Numbered from the stretch's first letter, positions 40,522 through 56,335 are shown. The stretch: 64,000 nt of DNA from Eledone cirrhosa (GCA_964016885.1 OZ024754.1:37200001-37264000), one strand, 5' to 3'. The notes: generated from the sequence alone by a model not told the origin. Numbers and translations: made by a program.

Positions 40522-41704
40522 GTGTGTATGTATGTAAGTTTGACAGGTTTCTGCAGTTTTCCACCTACCAGAGATTCCCCCACAGGTTGACATGCAGTAA
40601 TAATATTTAACCTGAAACCAAGTGGTTGCGTAACGAACTTCTTAACATCATAACCATGCTTGTGCTTATGTTGTACTTTAATTAACGTTTAACCTTTTGC
40701 TGCATCATCCACAGCTAGATTTTTGCATGTTCTCTATTATTTCAATATTCTCGCTCTAGCTTTTAGATTTTTGATTAGGCAAGCAATAAAGCATGCAGTG
40801 GGCGCAATATTCTATGGAGTGTTGCCAAAATAATTGTTGATTCCTGATGATGACATTGTTATTTTAACGGCATCATCATCAATACAGAATATTATGGATC
40901 GCTTTAACGATGTTATGGCATGCGTAAGGTTTTAAGGTTTACGCATAAACACGTACAAAGCATAAAACACAACGTTTTATGTTTTGCCAACAGCAAATCA
41001 ATCTAGAATTTGGCAACAACCTCCTATAATGTTGTATCTGATTCTTCCTATCTTCATTCTACTACTGTCAAGAATACTGAATGAAATTCAATAAAGAAAT
41101 GAATGCCAAAATTATGAAAATAGCAGATGTCAGTAAAGAAGCCATTTTTATAGATATTTTCAATTATCTTCAGTAGCAAGATGTGACCATGTATTCGAGA
41201 ATCCCTAAATGTTTTAATACCAAACCGCCTGATACCGTTCCAGGTGCTACTATCCAAAACTGTTTGTTTAAAATGTTCATATTTATCTAAAAGTCTTCCA
41301 TCATAATTTCATCTAAGAACTTTTGTTAATTTATGTTCCAAACCAATTTAATAACTTCTTTGACATAAAATCAGTAATTTGGGAGCGGCGTGAAATCGAT
41401 TAAATCAACCACAATTTTTGACTAGTTCATTATTTTATTATCCGCATAAGGATGGATGAAAAGCAAATATAACCTCGGCTGGATTTGTACTCAGAACGTA
41501 AAGGGCCGTCACTTTATGCCGTGGAGCATGGTGTCCGACCCTCTAGCGACAGTACGAATCCAACGCCCATAGTACCAGTTTAATAATAAGAATTATTTCA
41601 AAATCTTTTCAAATTATTGTTAATGTTTTTAAAAAAAGGAAACTTTTGGAGAAACTTGATGCAACTTCTTCGATTTAAAACGTCATGCTCCATTGTATAT
41701 AAAA

Positions 41705-42656
41705 AAAAGGGTAAAGACCCTCTTTGGTCATGACTGGCCATGGGATTTACGCCTAGAAAGTTCCCCTCCAAGACACAAGTCTGGGCAAGGTTGCTTGAGG
41801 AAGACCAGTCTCCCCCTCCCCACACCACTGATGTTGTCCAAGACAATGGCTGCTACAGCTTGGCACCAGTGACATCACAACTGATATATACACCATATAT
41901 ATATTATATATACACTATGTACATTATATATACACTATGTAGATTATATATACACTATATACATTATATATACACTATGTACAGTATATATACACTATAT
42001 ATATTATATATACACTATGTACATTATATATACACTATGTAGATTATATATACATTATGTACAGTATATATACACTATATACATTATATATACACTATGT
42101 ACACTATGTATATTATATATACACTATGTACATTATATATACACTATGTAGATTATATATACACTATGTACAGTATATATACACTATATACATTATATAT
42201 ACACTATGTACACTATGTATATTATATATACACTATGTACATTATATATACACTATGTACAGTATATATACACTATGTACAGTATATATACACTATATAC
42301 ATTATATATACACTATGTACACTATGTATATTATATATACACTATGTACATTATTTATACACTATGTACAGTATATATACACTATGTACATTATATATAC
42401 ACTATGTACATTATATATACACTATATACAGTATATATACACTATATACATTATATATATACACTATGTACAGTATATATATGGCGATACAGCTTGGCAC
42501 CAGTGACGTCACAACTCATTTCTACAGCTGAGTGAACTGGAGCAACGTGAAATAAAGTGTCTTGCTCAAGGAAACAACACATCACCCGGTCCGAGAGTCG
42601 AACTCACAACCTTCCGATTGCAAGCGCAATGCTCTAACCACTAAGCCATTCGCCTT
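41705..42656 (-). mobile_element. SINE S2 split by a 20-bp minisatellite (41885-42482)
   Basis: tacagcttggcaccagtgac(a/g)tcacaact occurs on both sides of (tacactatgtacattatata)n. Confidence 0.75.
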
Positions 42657-43550
42657 CTTATATATTTACAAACAAAAAGCGCCGTTGCATATAATTGTTT
42701 CTACGTTTGGCACAAGGCCAGCAATTATCCCAGTGCATTACTGGTACTTTATTTTATCGACCCCGTAAGGATGAAAGGCAAAGTTAACCTCGGCGGGATT
42801 TGAACTCAGTCCGCAAAGGGACGTAACTCTGTGCAGCAAAGTTACATCCCTTTACAAACAAAAAGAGAGAGTAAAAAGGTGGGGGTGGGGGCATAGAAAA
42901 TAAAGACGAAGCCCAGAAGAAATGAGAAGGGGCAATCTCTGTATCCTTATCTGGGCGGTACAAGCAGAGCCTTTTATTAACGAATATGCTAATGATAGGG
43001 TTAAATTCCCTTTCTAGTGGCAATGACGACAGCATTCGACATTCTAATGTCCCTAAATTTTTCTGTTAGTTATTCTGTTATGGATTGCGGCCATGATGGA
43101 TCACTATAGTGTTTTTAATTGGATATAACAACCATTGCTAATGTTTCTGTAGTTTTTTCATTGTACCCATACGGTACTCATATACAAAATAGTTATTGGC
43201 CCTCAATGGAAATAATTCTTTCGGGGATGATAACTCTGGTGATGCACTCTTGCTGATAGAAACACACAAATATATACACACAAATATTATTTGCAAGCTT
43301 CTACATAACCTGGACACATTTTTCCCAACTTGTAGAAAACTTATAATGAAACAATTGTTTGGAAAGGGAGATGTATTTTAATTATGTCTCATATGAAATA
43401 ATATAACTGGCTATCCGCAAAATACATATAGTTAGCACCCCAAACGTAAAATTGGGATTATACTAAGGTATATCTTAATGTTTGTTGAGTGAGATGGAAG
43501 CCAGTCAGAGTATAGCTTGAAGCTTTAAGCTTTCTCTGTTAATGTATTAA

Positions 43551-43600
<50 letters not shown>

Positions 43601-43834
43601 GAAAAGTATAGAAATTGTTGTAGCGAGAAGCTAACAGTATTCCATAACATATATGTGACTATAGCGTCAAAATGGGAAAATAGTTAACATAAGATATGGG
43701 AAAAATAATTCAGACTCAATTCAAAAGGAATCAAGATATAGATTTATCCAACAGAATTTAGAGAATTCCAGGGAAAAATCAATAGAGCCTTAACTCATGA
43801 TAAAAACCATATATATATATATACATATATATTC

Positions 43835-43891
<57 letters not shown>

Positions 43892-44059
43892 TACATATAT
43901 ATATGTACATATATATATATATATATATGTACACACGCACACACACACACACACATATATAAGTACATATATATATATTGTACGTAGATACATATGTACA
44001 TGTATATATATATTGTACATAGATACATATGTACATGTATATATATATATTGTACATAG

Positions 44060-44097
<38 letters not shown>

Positions 44098-44105
<8 letters not shown>

Positions 44106-44601
44106 ATACTTTGGGAGGGTCATGTTGCCAATAAGAAACACACGCACCAGTTGCTTTCACTTCAATTTATTATAATAAATTTATAAATTTACAAATTTCC
44201 GGTTGGTTTGTTTGTTCCACAACCAGATGGTTGTTTATATATTGTCAAAGTTCTTTCGTCACACATTCTGTGACCTCTTCAGTGACTGGGGGTTCTTTTC
44301 TTTGTTTTTTGTTTTTGTGCCTCTCCTTTGTTCTGTCCTACGCCATCTTGTTTTTGTGTGACACAGGAGCTGGACATATCGGAGTATTGACGGAGTAAAA
44401 CACTTTAACAACATGTGTACCTGTCTCTACCGCATGTGTACAATGTGTGGTACCTGTCTCTACCACATGTGTACCTGTCTCTACCACACCAATTCGGACT
44501 GCCTGAAGAGGTCACAGCCAATGATGGCTTTCACCGAAATATATATAGCAGTATATCTTTAATAAACGAAGCCAAATTTTAAATATTTGACTTAATTACT
44601 T

Positions 44602-44605
<4 letters not shown>
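44098..44605. mobile_element. Family B (minus; HHR 44244-44286) joined head-to-head to family C (plus; HHR 44498-44552)
   Basis: Family C: actgc-CTGAAGA-ggtcacagcca.atga.tggctttcacc-GAAA-tatata-TA-gcagt. Confidence 0.75.
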
Positions 44606-44651
<46 letters not shown>

Positions 44652-44964
44652 TTATACACACATACATTTCATACATACATATGTGTAATATACCTACTCC
44701 GAAGGAACATAGCAAACAACCTTACTACAAATACATATATATATATATTTATATATATACATGCATACATATATATATATATATACATATATACACCAGT
44801 GTGTATAGGTTATACACACAGCAACACACTACACACTACGTATCTATCATTTTAACATATATAGGTCATACTTTACCGCAATATCGACAATATAACTTAT
44901 ATATCGATCTAGATTTATTGCTTCACAATATCGATCGTTTATACCAAGTGATCTAACAATTTGA

Positions 44965-45510
44965 GCGAATCGATCACTATACACTGATCTATTAGTTTCA
45001 GCGTATCGATCACTATAACTAATCTATTAGTTTGAGTGTATCGATCACTGATCTATTAGTTTCAGTGTATCGATTACTATACAGTAATCTATTAGTTTCA
45101 GTGTATCGATTACGATACACTGATTTATTCGTTTCAGTGTATCGATCACTATAACTAATCTATTAGTTTCAGTGTATCGATTACTATACACTGATCTATT
45201 AGTTTCCGTGTATCGATTACTATACACTGATCTATTCGTTTCAGTGTATCGATCACTATAAAGTGATCTATTAGTTTCAATGTATCGATCTCTAAAAAGT
45301 GATCTATTAGTTTCAGTATATCGAATACTATACAGTGATCTATTAGTTTCAGTGTATCGATTACGATACAATGATCTATTATTTTCAATGTATCGATCAC
45401 TATACAATGATCTATTATTTTCAGTGAATCAATCATAATACAGTGATCTATTAGTTTCAGTGTATCTATCATTATACAATGAGCTATCGATTTCAGTGTA
45501 TCGATAGTCA
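44965..45510. repeat. 36-bp minisatellite
   Basis: gatctattagtttcagtgtatcgatcactatacact. Confidence 0.85.
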
Positions 45511-46424
45511 GAAAGTGTGATCTATTGGTTCTAGCAGGATCACAAAACTACGGACGTTAAAAACCATAAAAATCCAGAGATATGATGTAAGTTTCTCGCT
45601 TATTTTCTTCTCCATTTCGCTATAAATATATTTATTCGAAACTAGCAGAACAACCATCCTTAGGGTGGTTTTCTGCTAGCATGTGAGGTGTGTATATTGA
45701 TATTATACGCTAATAAACATGTATGTAGATATGATACATCAAATAAAATCGTAATTGACAATATGCACAGAAATTGAAGAGATTGTGTTACACTGTCTTA
45801 TGTAATCAGTAACGTAATCCTTGATACATTAAAACAAGACGATATTATATATAAACTGCATTAGGAGAAAATTAGTGACCGAAATATATGAATGTTTATT
45901 TAAACAATCGCTAACCGGAAGTGTTGACATTTAAAAATTTTAAAGAAGTGAATCTTTAAATAAGCAATAAAATTATTTATATTTAATCAAGAGTTACGAA
46001 ATTTAGTAGATAAATTATGTAATATTCATTCATTATTTATTCAAAGTAATCCAACTTATTTTACAAACGGGATATAAAAAAATATATTCAGGACGCAGTT
46101 GCGCACTCCTTTCTTATAGTTAAGATAAGCTCAACATCTGAAACGATTATTTCAATAAAATCTTTTAACATTTCCACTAAATGTAGAAATATGAGTATAC
46201 GTCTTATAACTAACTTTAACAGAATGATAGACTAATTAGGGATTTTTAAACTGCCCGTCCGATAATTAGTAGGTCCAAGCAGGGGTTTTGAAACTGCGGG
46301 TCCTGACCAATTTTAATGGGTCGCAAATCAAATAAAATAGGTTGTGAGATTAAGAAAAAAAAATTACAAAAATAAACAACCGCGATCCACAATCCCAATT
46401 GTACAATCTATATATAAATTTGAG

Positions 46425-46993
46425 CGTCCAGAGATGACTGAGGAAGGAAAGGGTGATGGTGTCACACTCTAGAGATGTCTGAGGAAGGAAGGGGTGATGA
46501 CGTCACACACCAGAGATGACTGAGGAAGGGAGAGGTGATGATGTCACACTCTAGAGATGACTGAGGAAGGAAGATGTGATGGTGTCACACTCTAGAGATG
46601 ACTGAGGAAGGAAGAGGTGATGACGTCACACACCAGAGATGACTGAGGAAGGAAGAGGTGATGATGTCACACTCTAGAGATGTCTGAGGAAGGAAGGGGT
46701 GATGACGTCACACACCAGAGATGACTGAGGAAGGAAGAGGTGATGATGTCACACTCCAGAGATGACTGAGGAAGGAAGAGGTGATGACGTCACACTCTAG
46801 AGATGTCTGAGGAAGGAAGGGGTGATGACGTCACACACCAGAGATGACTGAGGAAGGAAGAGGGGATGATGTCACACTCCAGAGATGACTGAGGAAGGAA
46901 GAGGTGATGACGTCACACTCTAGAGATGACTGAGGAAGGAAGAGGTGATGATGTCACACTCTAGGGATGACTGAGGAAGGAAGAGGTGATGAC
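46425..46993. repeat. 41-bp minisatellite, possibly inside a hAT-like MITE (46280-47151)
   Basis: agagatg at 46471, 46512 and 46553; caggggttttgaaac terminus upstream. Confidence 0.85.
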
Positions 46994-47423
46994 AAACTAC
47001 AGAAAACAGCGTCTAACATTCACTACACTTGTGTGTACAATCTAGATACACAAACGTACACACAGTCATCAGAGTGTTGAAAAAATGTTAGTACTATAAA
47101 CGGCAGCTCCCACTGTAGGTCGCAGTAAAAAAAAAAGGTTGTTAAACGCCGAAATATAGAACTAATGACGAATTATCCTGAATACTTCTCTCATACTTAC
47201 TTTGTATTATTTTTACAGTTTTACCATCCATGCTCTCTAAATCCGGCTAAAATTGATATATCACCCAGTATTATAATCAATATACATGAAATATAAATCT
47301 ATTTACTTTGCATAACCACTATATCTTCATACGAGATATAGTATGTGGACTTATGTGCGTATGTGAGCACCCTCACATACACACACATGTATATATATAT
47401 ACGTGAATATAATATAATATTAT

Positions 47424-48300
<877 letters not shown>

Positions 48301-48425
48301 AATATAATAAAATAAAATAACGGATGAAAGTTTAAGCAAAGAATCGGTGCTTTCACCCATAACGGGATCTTCTGAAACTAGAAAAAAAATCAATCTGTAT
48401 ATATTATATCAATATATATATATTA

Positions 48426-48657
48426 TGTGAAGGCGTGTGGCTGAGTGGTTAGAGAATTGGATTCGCAATCGTGAGGTTGTGAGTTCAATTCCTGGACCGG
48501 GCGATGCGTTATGTCCTTGAGCAAGACACTTTATTTCACGTTACTCCTTCTACCTGGAGTTGCGACCGATAGATAGTACTAGCAATTGGAAAGACCAACG
48601 GAAACATTGTTTCCTCGGTCCGATTTGACGAAAGTCGATCGTTCCTAAAAAAAAAAA
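48426..48657 (+). mobile_element. SINE with S2 head, distinct structured tail and oligo-A end
   Basis: Near-identical reverse copy at 61071-61296. Confidence 0.8.
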
Positions 48658-48713
48658 TATATATTATCCTTATCGAGCTCTCTTCGGATTTTAGTCTTCA
48701 CATTTATTATTAC

Positions 48714-48747
<34 letters not shown>

Positions 48748-48750
<3 letters not shown>

Positions 48751-49015
48751 CAAAGAGGGTGTGGTAGCATACCAGGTGGACCATAACGCACCAGAGTACT
48801 CAATACTTGGGGCAGTAGAGTGGGTAATAGGAAAATAGTCAGGACCTCGACGGCTGAGCTCCGGCCCTTTCGACATCTAGATCCGAACTAACCCAGCAGT
48901 ATTAGGACAGCGAGGATCAGCGCTAGATCCCCGCCGTCCTAATACTGTTGGATTAGTTTGGATCTAGATGTCGAAACGGCCGGAGCTCAGCCGTCGAGGT
49001 CCTGAATCTTTTCCT
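48748..49015. mobile_element. Family A element with ~90-bp hairpin arms
   Basis: Arms centred on ggatc-agcgcta-gatcc. Confidence 0.8.
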
Positions 49016-49179
49016 ATATATATATATATACCAACCTACTACCATCTACAAACTAACCAATGAGAATCAAGACCATTCCTGCTGACAACATCAAAGTATT
49101 CCTAACAAGCTCATATGTCCCAAGGCTCTGAAACCATCAACACTATACACACAGAGCTGGCATATCTGAGAACTGACTA

Positions 49180-49235
49180 ACTGCCTGATGAGGTCATAGC
49201 CATTCAATGGCTATCATCGAAATATATATAGCAGT
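49180..49235 (+). ncRNA. Minimal type I HHR (family C)
   Basis: actgc-CTGATGA-ggtcatagccat.tca.atggctatcatc-GAAA-tatata-TA-gcagt, then AATAAA. Confidence 0.8.
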
Positions 49236-49275
49236 AAATAAAGGATTATGAGTTCATGCAATTGACTTATGTTTC

Positions 49276-49312
<37 letters not shown>

Positions 49313-49798
49313 ATAAGAAACGGAGAATCAGTGGTGCGACGAATAAAATTTATTAGACATATTACAATCGTTTCTCTGGCGACCAGCTCGATGCACGATC
49401 GATGCAATGATCTGTAAAAGCATCGAGTGCTCAAACGGCCTACCGTATACAGACACTTTAAGCATCCCATACCAATTATGCATATATATATATACATATT
49501 TGGTGTGGTATGCTTAAAGCGTCCGTATATATATATATATATATATATATATAACGAAGGAAATGTTGTAAGGAACCAGGTGGACCATAACGCACCAAAG
49601 TAATCAATACTTAGGGTAGTAGAGTGGGTAATAGGAACAAGTAAGACCCCGACGGCTGAGCTCAAGCCGTTTCGACGGCTAATTCTGGATATATATATAT
49701 ATATCCGAACCATACGACGAATGAACAATACAAAACGGTGAATAAGGGGGCTTGCATTCACACACACACACATTCACATACACACACACTCACACACA

Positions 49799-49912
<114 letters not shown>

Positions 49913-50274
49913 TGTGTGTTGCCAAACTTCATACCTATGCTTGTATTTCTGTGTAAAGCAGAAATATTTCTAATCTGAATTTGTTGAAAAAGAAATGTAG
50001 AATTTAATTTTGTGTTAACCTTGCGTTATTCAAATTATTAATTTCACACCTGAGCAAATGTTAATATAGATGTCACAAATATAGAATATATAAAATATAT
50101 ATATTTAACAATATCACACGCATGAAATTACAAATATTAACTAGTTCATATATATTCAGACACTTACAAACATACACCATTCATATAAACACATATATAC
50201 ACATATATACACAGGTATTTGTGCAGACAGTTCGTAACTGCACTCCTTGTTATTGTTTTTGTTTTTTACTTTGC

Positions 50275-50316
<42 letters not shown>

Positions 50317-50408
50317 GAAAAGATTCAGGACATATTACCTACTCTACTACTTCGAGTTTCGAGTACTCTAATGGGTTATGGTCTATCTGGTTTTTACCAC
50401 ACACCCTA

Positions 50409-50476
<68 letters not shown>

Positions 50477-50532
50477 ATATATATACATATATGTATATAT
50501 ATATATATATATATACATATATGTATATATAT

Positions 50533-51217
50533 ATAAGATCAAAAGATGGTTAAAAGAGTTCCAAGTATTTTATTATGCGCATTTCAAAAACAAATATTAT
50601 CATGGGATGATATCTGCGTTCTCATCAGATAAAATAGGGAGACATGATATGAAGCTTAAAAAAACACTTGTGATAGTGAAGTTTTAAATCAAACATATGA
50701 AAAATAAATTAAGATTGGTGTATGAGATTGGGAAAAAGTGAGGGGGGGAGGTAAGGAAGAGGAAGAGATGAGAGTAAAGAATGTTGGGGATGAGAATAAG
50801 AAGGAAGGATGAGAGAGGAGGAGAGATGGGTGATAGAGAGAGATAGCCTTTACAACTGAGAAAAAGATATATATTGTCTCACAGAGAGAAATTAAAAAGC
50901 CGTTTTCCACCCCCCCCCCCCTCACTTTTTCTCAATCTCATACACCAATCTTAATTTATTTTTCATATGTTGATTTAAAACTTCACTATTCACAAGTGTT
51001 TTTTAAGCTTCATATCATGTCTCCCTATTTTATCTGATGAGAACGCAGATATCATCCCAATATGATATTTGTTTTTGAAATGCGCATAATAAAATACTTG
51101 GAACTCTTTTAACCATCTTTTGATCTTATATTATTTATACTCCAGTCCTACAAACTGTAGAGTGCTACTTATCCGATATTTGCATTGCCTTATTGTGCTA
51201 CAATAAAACTCACCTCC

Positions 51218-51221
<4 letters not shown>
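50533..51221. mobile_element. PLE-like element with ~215-bp inverted arms; HHRs at 50566-50636 (minus) and 51026-51096 (plus)
   Basis: tattttat-CTGATGA-gaacgcagatatcat...atgatatttgttttt-GAAA-tgcgca-TA-ataaaata. Confidence 0.8.
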
Positions 51222-51257
<36 letters not shown>

Positions 51258-51266
51258 ATTATATGT

Positions 51267-51351
<85 letters not shown>

Positions 51352-52892
51352 GTATAAATCGAAGTTGTAGCCGCAATAAAGCAGATAATAATCGAATTGT
51401 TTGAGGCAGTCACAAAACACTCAATTGTACGAAGTGTTTCGACCAGAGTTAACACCAAGTTAAGTGAGTGTGACACTAAGAAATGCGACCAAATGCATAT
51501 GCCCATACTTATACCACAACTATGATTAATACAAATATGTCGAGTACTAACCTGGACCGTAACGAGCAAATATGAATCTGTAGAAATCATTACAAAAAAA
51601 TCTTCGATCGGTTTCTGGAACCCAGTAAATTGCAACACGAGTTGCATATTGGACATGCAAGTCATAAATGCCTTTTCATGGTGGAACGGAAGTCTCCATC
51701 ATCGGGAATTTTTGTCCCGTATTATCCAACTAGATATTGAGGCATTCTACTATAGTAGTACCATCATCACATGATGATGCCTGTAACATCAACATGTGAC
51801 TTTTTTCAAAAGAAGAAGGTCAAGTTGACCGAGCTGTTGGCGGGTAAATTCAGGGTCTGAACAAAGATATTTTCACAGCTTCAAATAAAAGCAATCCAAT
51901 ATATGAAACTAGGAGAATGATAATAATAACAATAATATGTATAAACCGAGGTTTTAGCCGCAGTATAGCAGATATCAATCGAATTGAATGAGACAGTCAC
52001 AAAGCATTCAATTGTGCGAAACTTTAATGCATTTTCGTCCAGAGTTAACATATGCAAAAAGTAAACGGAAACAACAACGCAAACCATACAGTATAATGAA
52101 GAAATATATTAGTTTAACGCTTGATATAGTAAGAAAAGAGTAATTTTTTTACGTTTTGAACACAAGTCCTTCATCAGCAAATTGAATATTATGTTGCTGG
52201 TTTAAAAACCTTCCAAAGGGGTTCGTTACAATATATAAATGTCTGCTGCATGAGTAATAGGTATTCTTACATTATTCAGGTCCAGTAGTTCGAACAACCT
52301 TTCGTAAAATTAATGCGCAAGTAAATGAGCTTTCTATGCTCACATATGTATCATTGAGTCAATTCTCAGGGAGATTCAATCTAATACACTGTGTAAAATG
52401 GCTGATTCATTGAATTACAAGTCCAACTAATTTTTTTTTTTCTAGCCGAGTAGATTAGAGCAACTGGGAAATAAAGAATCTTGCTTAAGGACTCAACACA
52501 CTATCGGTAATCGAACTTAGGACTTAACGATGGTGAGCTGAACACCCTTACTACTACGTCACATGTCTTCACATTATTCAAAAGATGATGGAGGCTTGTC
52601 AGAATCAGTAGAGCATCGGGGTAAATGTATTTCTATATTCATTTACATATCTTCGAGTTCTGAGTTCGAACCCTGATCATGTGGACTAATGTTTTTTTTT
52701 TATCCTTCCAGGTCAAGTTCGATAAAATTAAGTACCAATCAAATATTGGTATCGATTAAATCAACTGTTCCAGTCACTAAATATGTGGCCATGTGTCTAG
52801 GCTAGAAATCGATATTGTAATAACTGATCAACATTGTATTTACTCCTGTAACTACTATATCGATCTTATAGTATCAATCTGTGCCACTACTC

Positions 52893-53485
52893 AGACCACA
52901 CACACACACACCACCACCACCATTACCGAAACATACACATCACCACCACCACCACCGTAAAAATCACACACACTACCACCACCAACACCACCACCACCAC
53001 CACCATTACCGAAACACACACACCACCACCACCACCACCACCATTACCGAAACATACACATCACCACCACCGAAAATCACACACACACTACCACCACCAA
53101 CACCACCACCACCACCATTACCGAAACACACACACACCACCACCACCGAAAATCACACACACACTACCACCACCAACACCACCACCACCACCATTACCGA
53201 AACATACACATCACCACCACCACCGAAAATCACACACACTACCACCACCAACACCACCACCACCACCATTACCGAAACACACACACCACCACCACCACCA
53301 AAATCACACACACCACCACCACCACCACCATTACCGAAACATCCGAAAATCACACACACTACCAACACCATTACCGAAGCACACACACTACCACCACCAA
53401 CACCACTACCACCACCAACACCACCACCATTACCGATACACACACACTGCCACCGCCACCACCGAAATACACACACCACCACAAG
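52893..53485. repeat. CAC-rich compound minisatellite
   Basis: caccaccattaccgaaac blocks. Confidence 0.85.
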
Positions 53486-53593
53486 CTAACCCCCCCCCCC
53501 CCTTTCCCATCTAATCACGTTAGTCACTGTGATGAAATGCGCCTTCAAATCTCTCAAGACACAGAAACAAATTTCTCTCTCTCCCCATATATG

Positions 53594-53636
<43 letters not shown>

Positions 53637-53722
53637 ATGTGTATATATATATATATATATATATACCCATGTGGATATATATATATATATACCTATGTGA
53701 ATATATATATATATATACACAC

Positions 53723-53790
<68 letters not shown>

Positions 53791-53887
53791 GTAGATATAT
53801 ATATATATATGTAGATATATATATATACATACATATGTGGATATATATATATATATATGCAGATATATATATATATGTATATATATC

Positions 53888-53935
<48 letters not shown>

Positions 53936-54062
53936 TATATATGTATATATGTATACATACACACACACACATATATATCTATATATATATATATATATAC
54001 ATATACACACACATATATATGTATATATGTATACACACACACACATACATATATATCTATAT

Positions 54063-54095
<33 letters not shown>

Positions 54096-54329
54096 TAATA
54101 CTGAAACGAAGACATCGGATCGGACTGATATACCTTCAATCGTTTTCCCACTCACTCAATGCGTTAATTAAGTAAGTATCCTGAAGGTACCAGCCAAAAG
54201 GATAGCACCGTGTACACTTATATGATAAACAGTGAGAAAAATGAATTCGTATGGGTAGAGAGTTTGATTCTCTGGACCCGGACTAATGCATTAGTTTCTG
54301 TTACCCCATCTGCTGGCGACAGTCCATAT

Positions 54330-54792
54330 AATAATAATGAAATTATTGTGTAAAGTGCTCAGGTGCACTACAACTCGTCAATATAGTACATAGAATAATA
54401 CACAAATGCCAGGGAAGTACATGTTTGTATGTGTTAGCTGTAGTGTTGGCGGATCTCGGGAAGCATGGAGGCCTTAAAGGATGCAGCGTCTCGACAGCTA
54501 ACAACTGATGCAGGTAGTTTGTTCCATGCTTCAGCAACTCTGAGCGTGAAAAAATGTTTCCGAAAGTCATGGGAACTGTGCTGTTTTCTTACTTTGTGGG
54601 CATGTCCACGTGTGTTAGACACATGGAAATCGAAAAGGCACTCAGGGTTGTTGTTGGCAACATGGTTAACAATTTTGTGGGTGTTTACCAAGTCAGTTGC
54701 CAGGCGTCGGAGCTTCAATGAATCCATGCCCAGGGAAGCAAGGCGCTCAGAGTATGGTAGATGCCTGATGGAGGGTATTCGCTTGGTTGCAT
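54330..54792 (-). mobile_element. CR1-clade LINE 3' fragment
   Basis: LRRLATDL...NTRGHAHKV...RKHFFTLRVAEAWNKLP...FK; (TTA)n tail. Confidence 0.85.
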
Positions 54793-55379
54793 ATGGAACT
54801 GGCGTGCACGGAAATTAGGTAATGCTATTTAGCGTTACGTAATTGACTAAGGGCAGTTTCGTCAGCGAGAAATTAGCCTCTTCGAACCAGGTCAGTAACT
54901 AGCCCAGTCTTGGTGTGAATTCGCCATTACAGCAGTAGTAAGGTAGTAAGTAAGCTTCACGTTCAGTGTCACATGACAGTGAGGAGGTGGTAAACAAGAA
55001 TGTCTGTTTTCAAAGAACACGTTGGGAGGTTTTTTTTTTTCAAATTGAAAAAAAGGGAAAAAAAAAACAAAAACATGAACCACGAAGCACTCGACCAGGT
55101 CTTCCGTATAGAAAGACAAAATTGTAAAGAATTAATAAAATCGAACTATAATAAACAGTAAATAGTTCAACTTACAATTTACATATATTTGTGTGTATAT
55201 ATATATATTATATATACACACACATACACGCAAATATATATATGTACTCTCCCACCCCGCCTAGCCCCATTACTAAAGTTTCCATAGAAAACGAATGATA
55301 ATGATAAAAGTTATTATATAATAAATATACACTTGCTGATCGAAATCAATCAATAGATCAATACTTACTTACATCCGCT

Positions 55380-55430
<51 letters not shown>

Positions 55431-55510
55431 GTAGAAAAGTAACACACGAGTTGATATATATAAAAACAAATAGTTGAAAGGAAAACGATTTTTTCAGTAG
55501 AAAATGCTGA

Positions 55511-55582
<72 letters not shown>

Positions 55583-55584
<2 letters not shown>

Positions 55585-55776
55585 CGAAGGAGTTGTGGTA
55601 AGGAACCAGATGGACCATAACGCACCAGAGTACTCAGTACTTAGGGTAGTAGAGTGGGTAATAGGAAAATGTTAAACTCCGACGGCAGAGCTCAAGTCGG
55701 TTCGACGGCTATTTTCAGTCCAGAAATAGCCGTCGAAACGGCTTGAGCTCTGCCGTCGGGGTTAAATATTTTCCTA
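55583..55776. mobile_element. Family A element with hairpin
   Basis: Same layout as 9460-9670. Confidence 0.8.
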
Positions 55777-55831
55777 TATATATATAATAGAAAAAACGAG
55801 GAAATTTCGTTTACATATGAAAAATATTTCT

Positions 55832-55899
55832 GTTACGCGCGTTTCGCAGAGGATTGGCTCAAGGTGACCCATAGGAGTTATGGACCCTGCTCATCAGAC
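55832..55899 (-). ncRNA. HHR-like motif with long branched stem II
   Basis: Minus strand gt-CTGATGA-gcag...ctgc-GAAA-cgcgcg-TA-ac; stem I is short. Confidence 0.6.
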
Positions 55900-55908
55900 T
55901 GGTGATGC

Positions 55909-55963
<55 letters not shown>

Positions 55964-56335
55964 TAGACACACACACACACATATATATATATATGAAATG
56001 GACAGAAAATGGAAAAAGGCGAACATATCCCCTTTCTTGTCAGCTAACTATCGGAGATCACTTTGGTTTCGGTGTTTTAAAGTCTTCCCTCCATTGCACA
56101 CGGGTTTACAACACGACAAAGTGAAGATAAAAATGACGGAATCATTTTTTCGACTAAATTCACATATACAAGGTAAAAATGGTAAATTGAACTCCGAGTG
56201 CTTCTAACTGAAAACAAGAGCGATTGAACGCGGTACTGTGTGCCACAATATGTCAGGAGGAAATAGGGGAGAAATCATCGGGGCCTAGTCCTAAGACAAA
56301 TAAGCAGAACGATATTGACAGCAAGGAAACTGGCA

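Noticed and set aside
40680-41350. Unique-looking segments as host exons (also 31850-32280, 51480-51900, 54800-55120)
   Set aside because: No sustained ORF or recognisable domain; small exons cannot be excluded without RNA-seq
52881-53489. Extensin- or mucin-like Pro/Thr/His ORF
   Set aside because: CAC-rich minisatellite that is open in several frames
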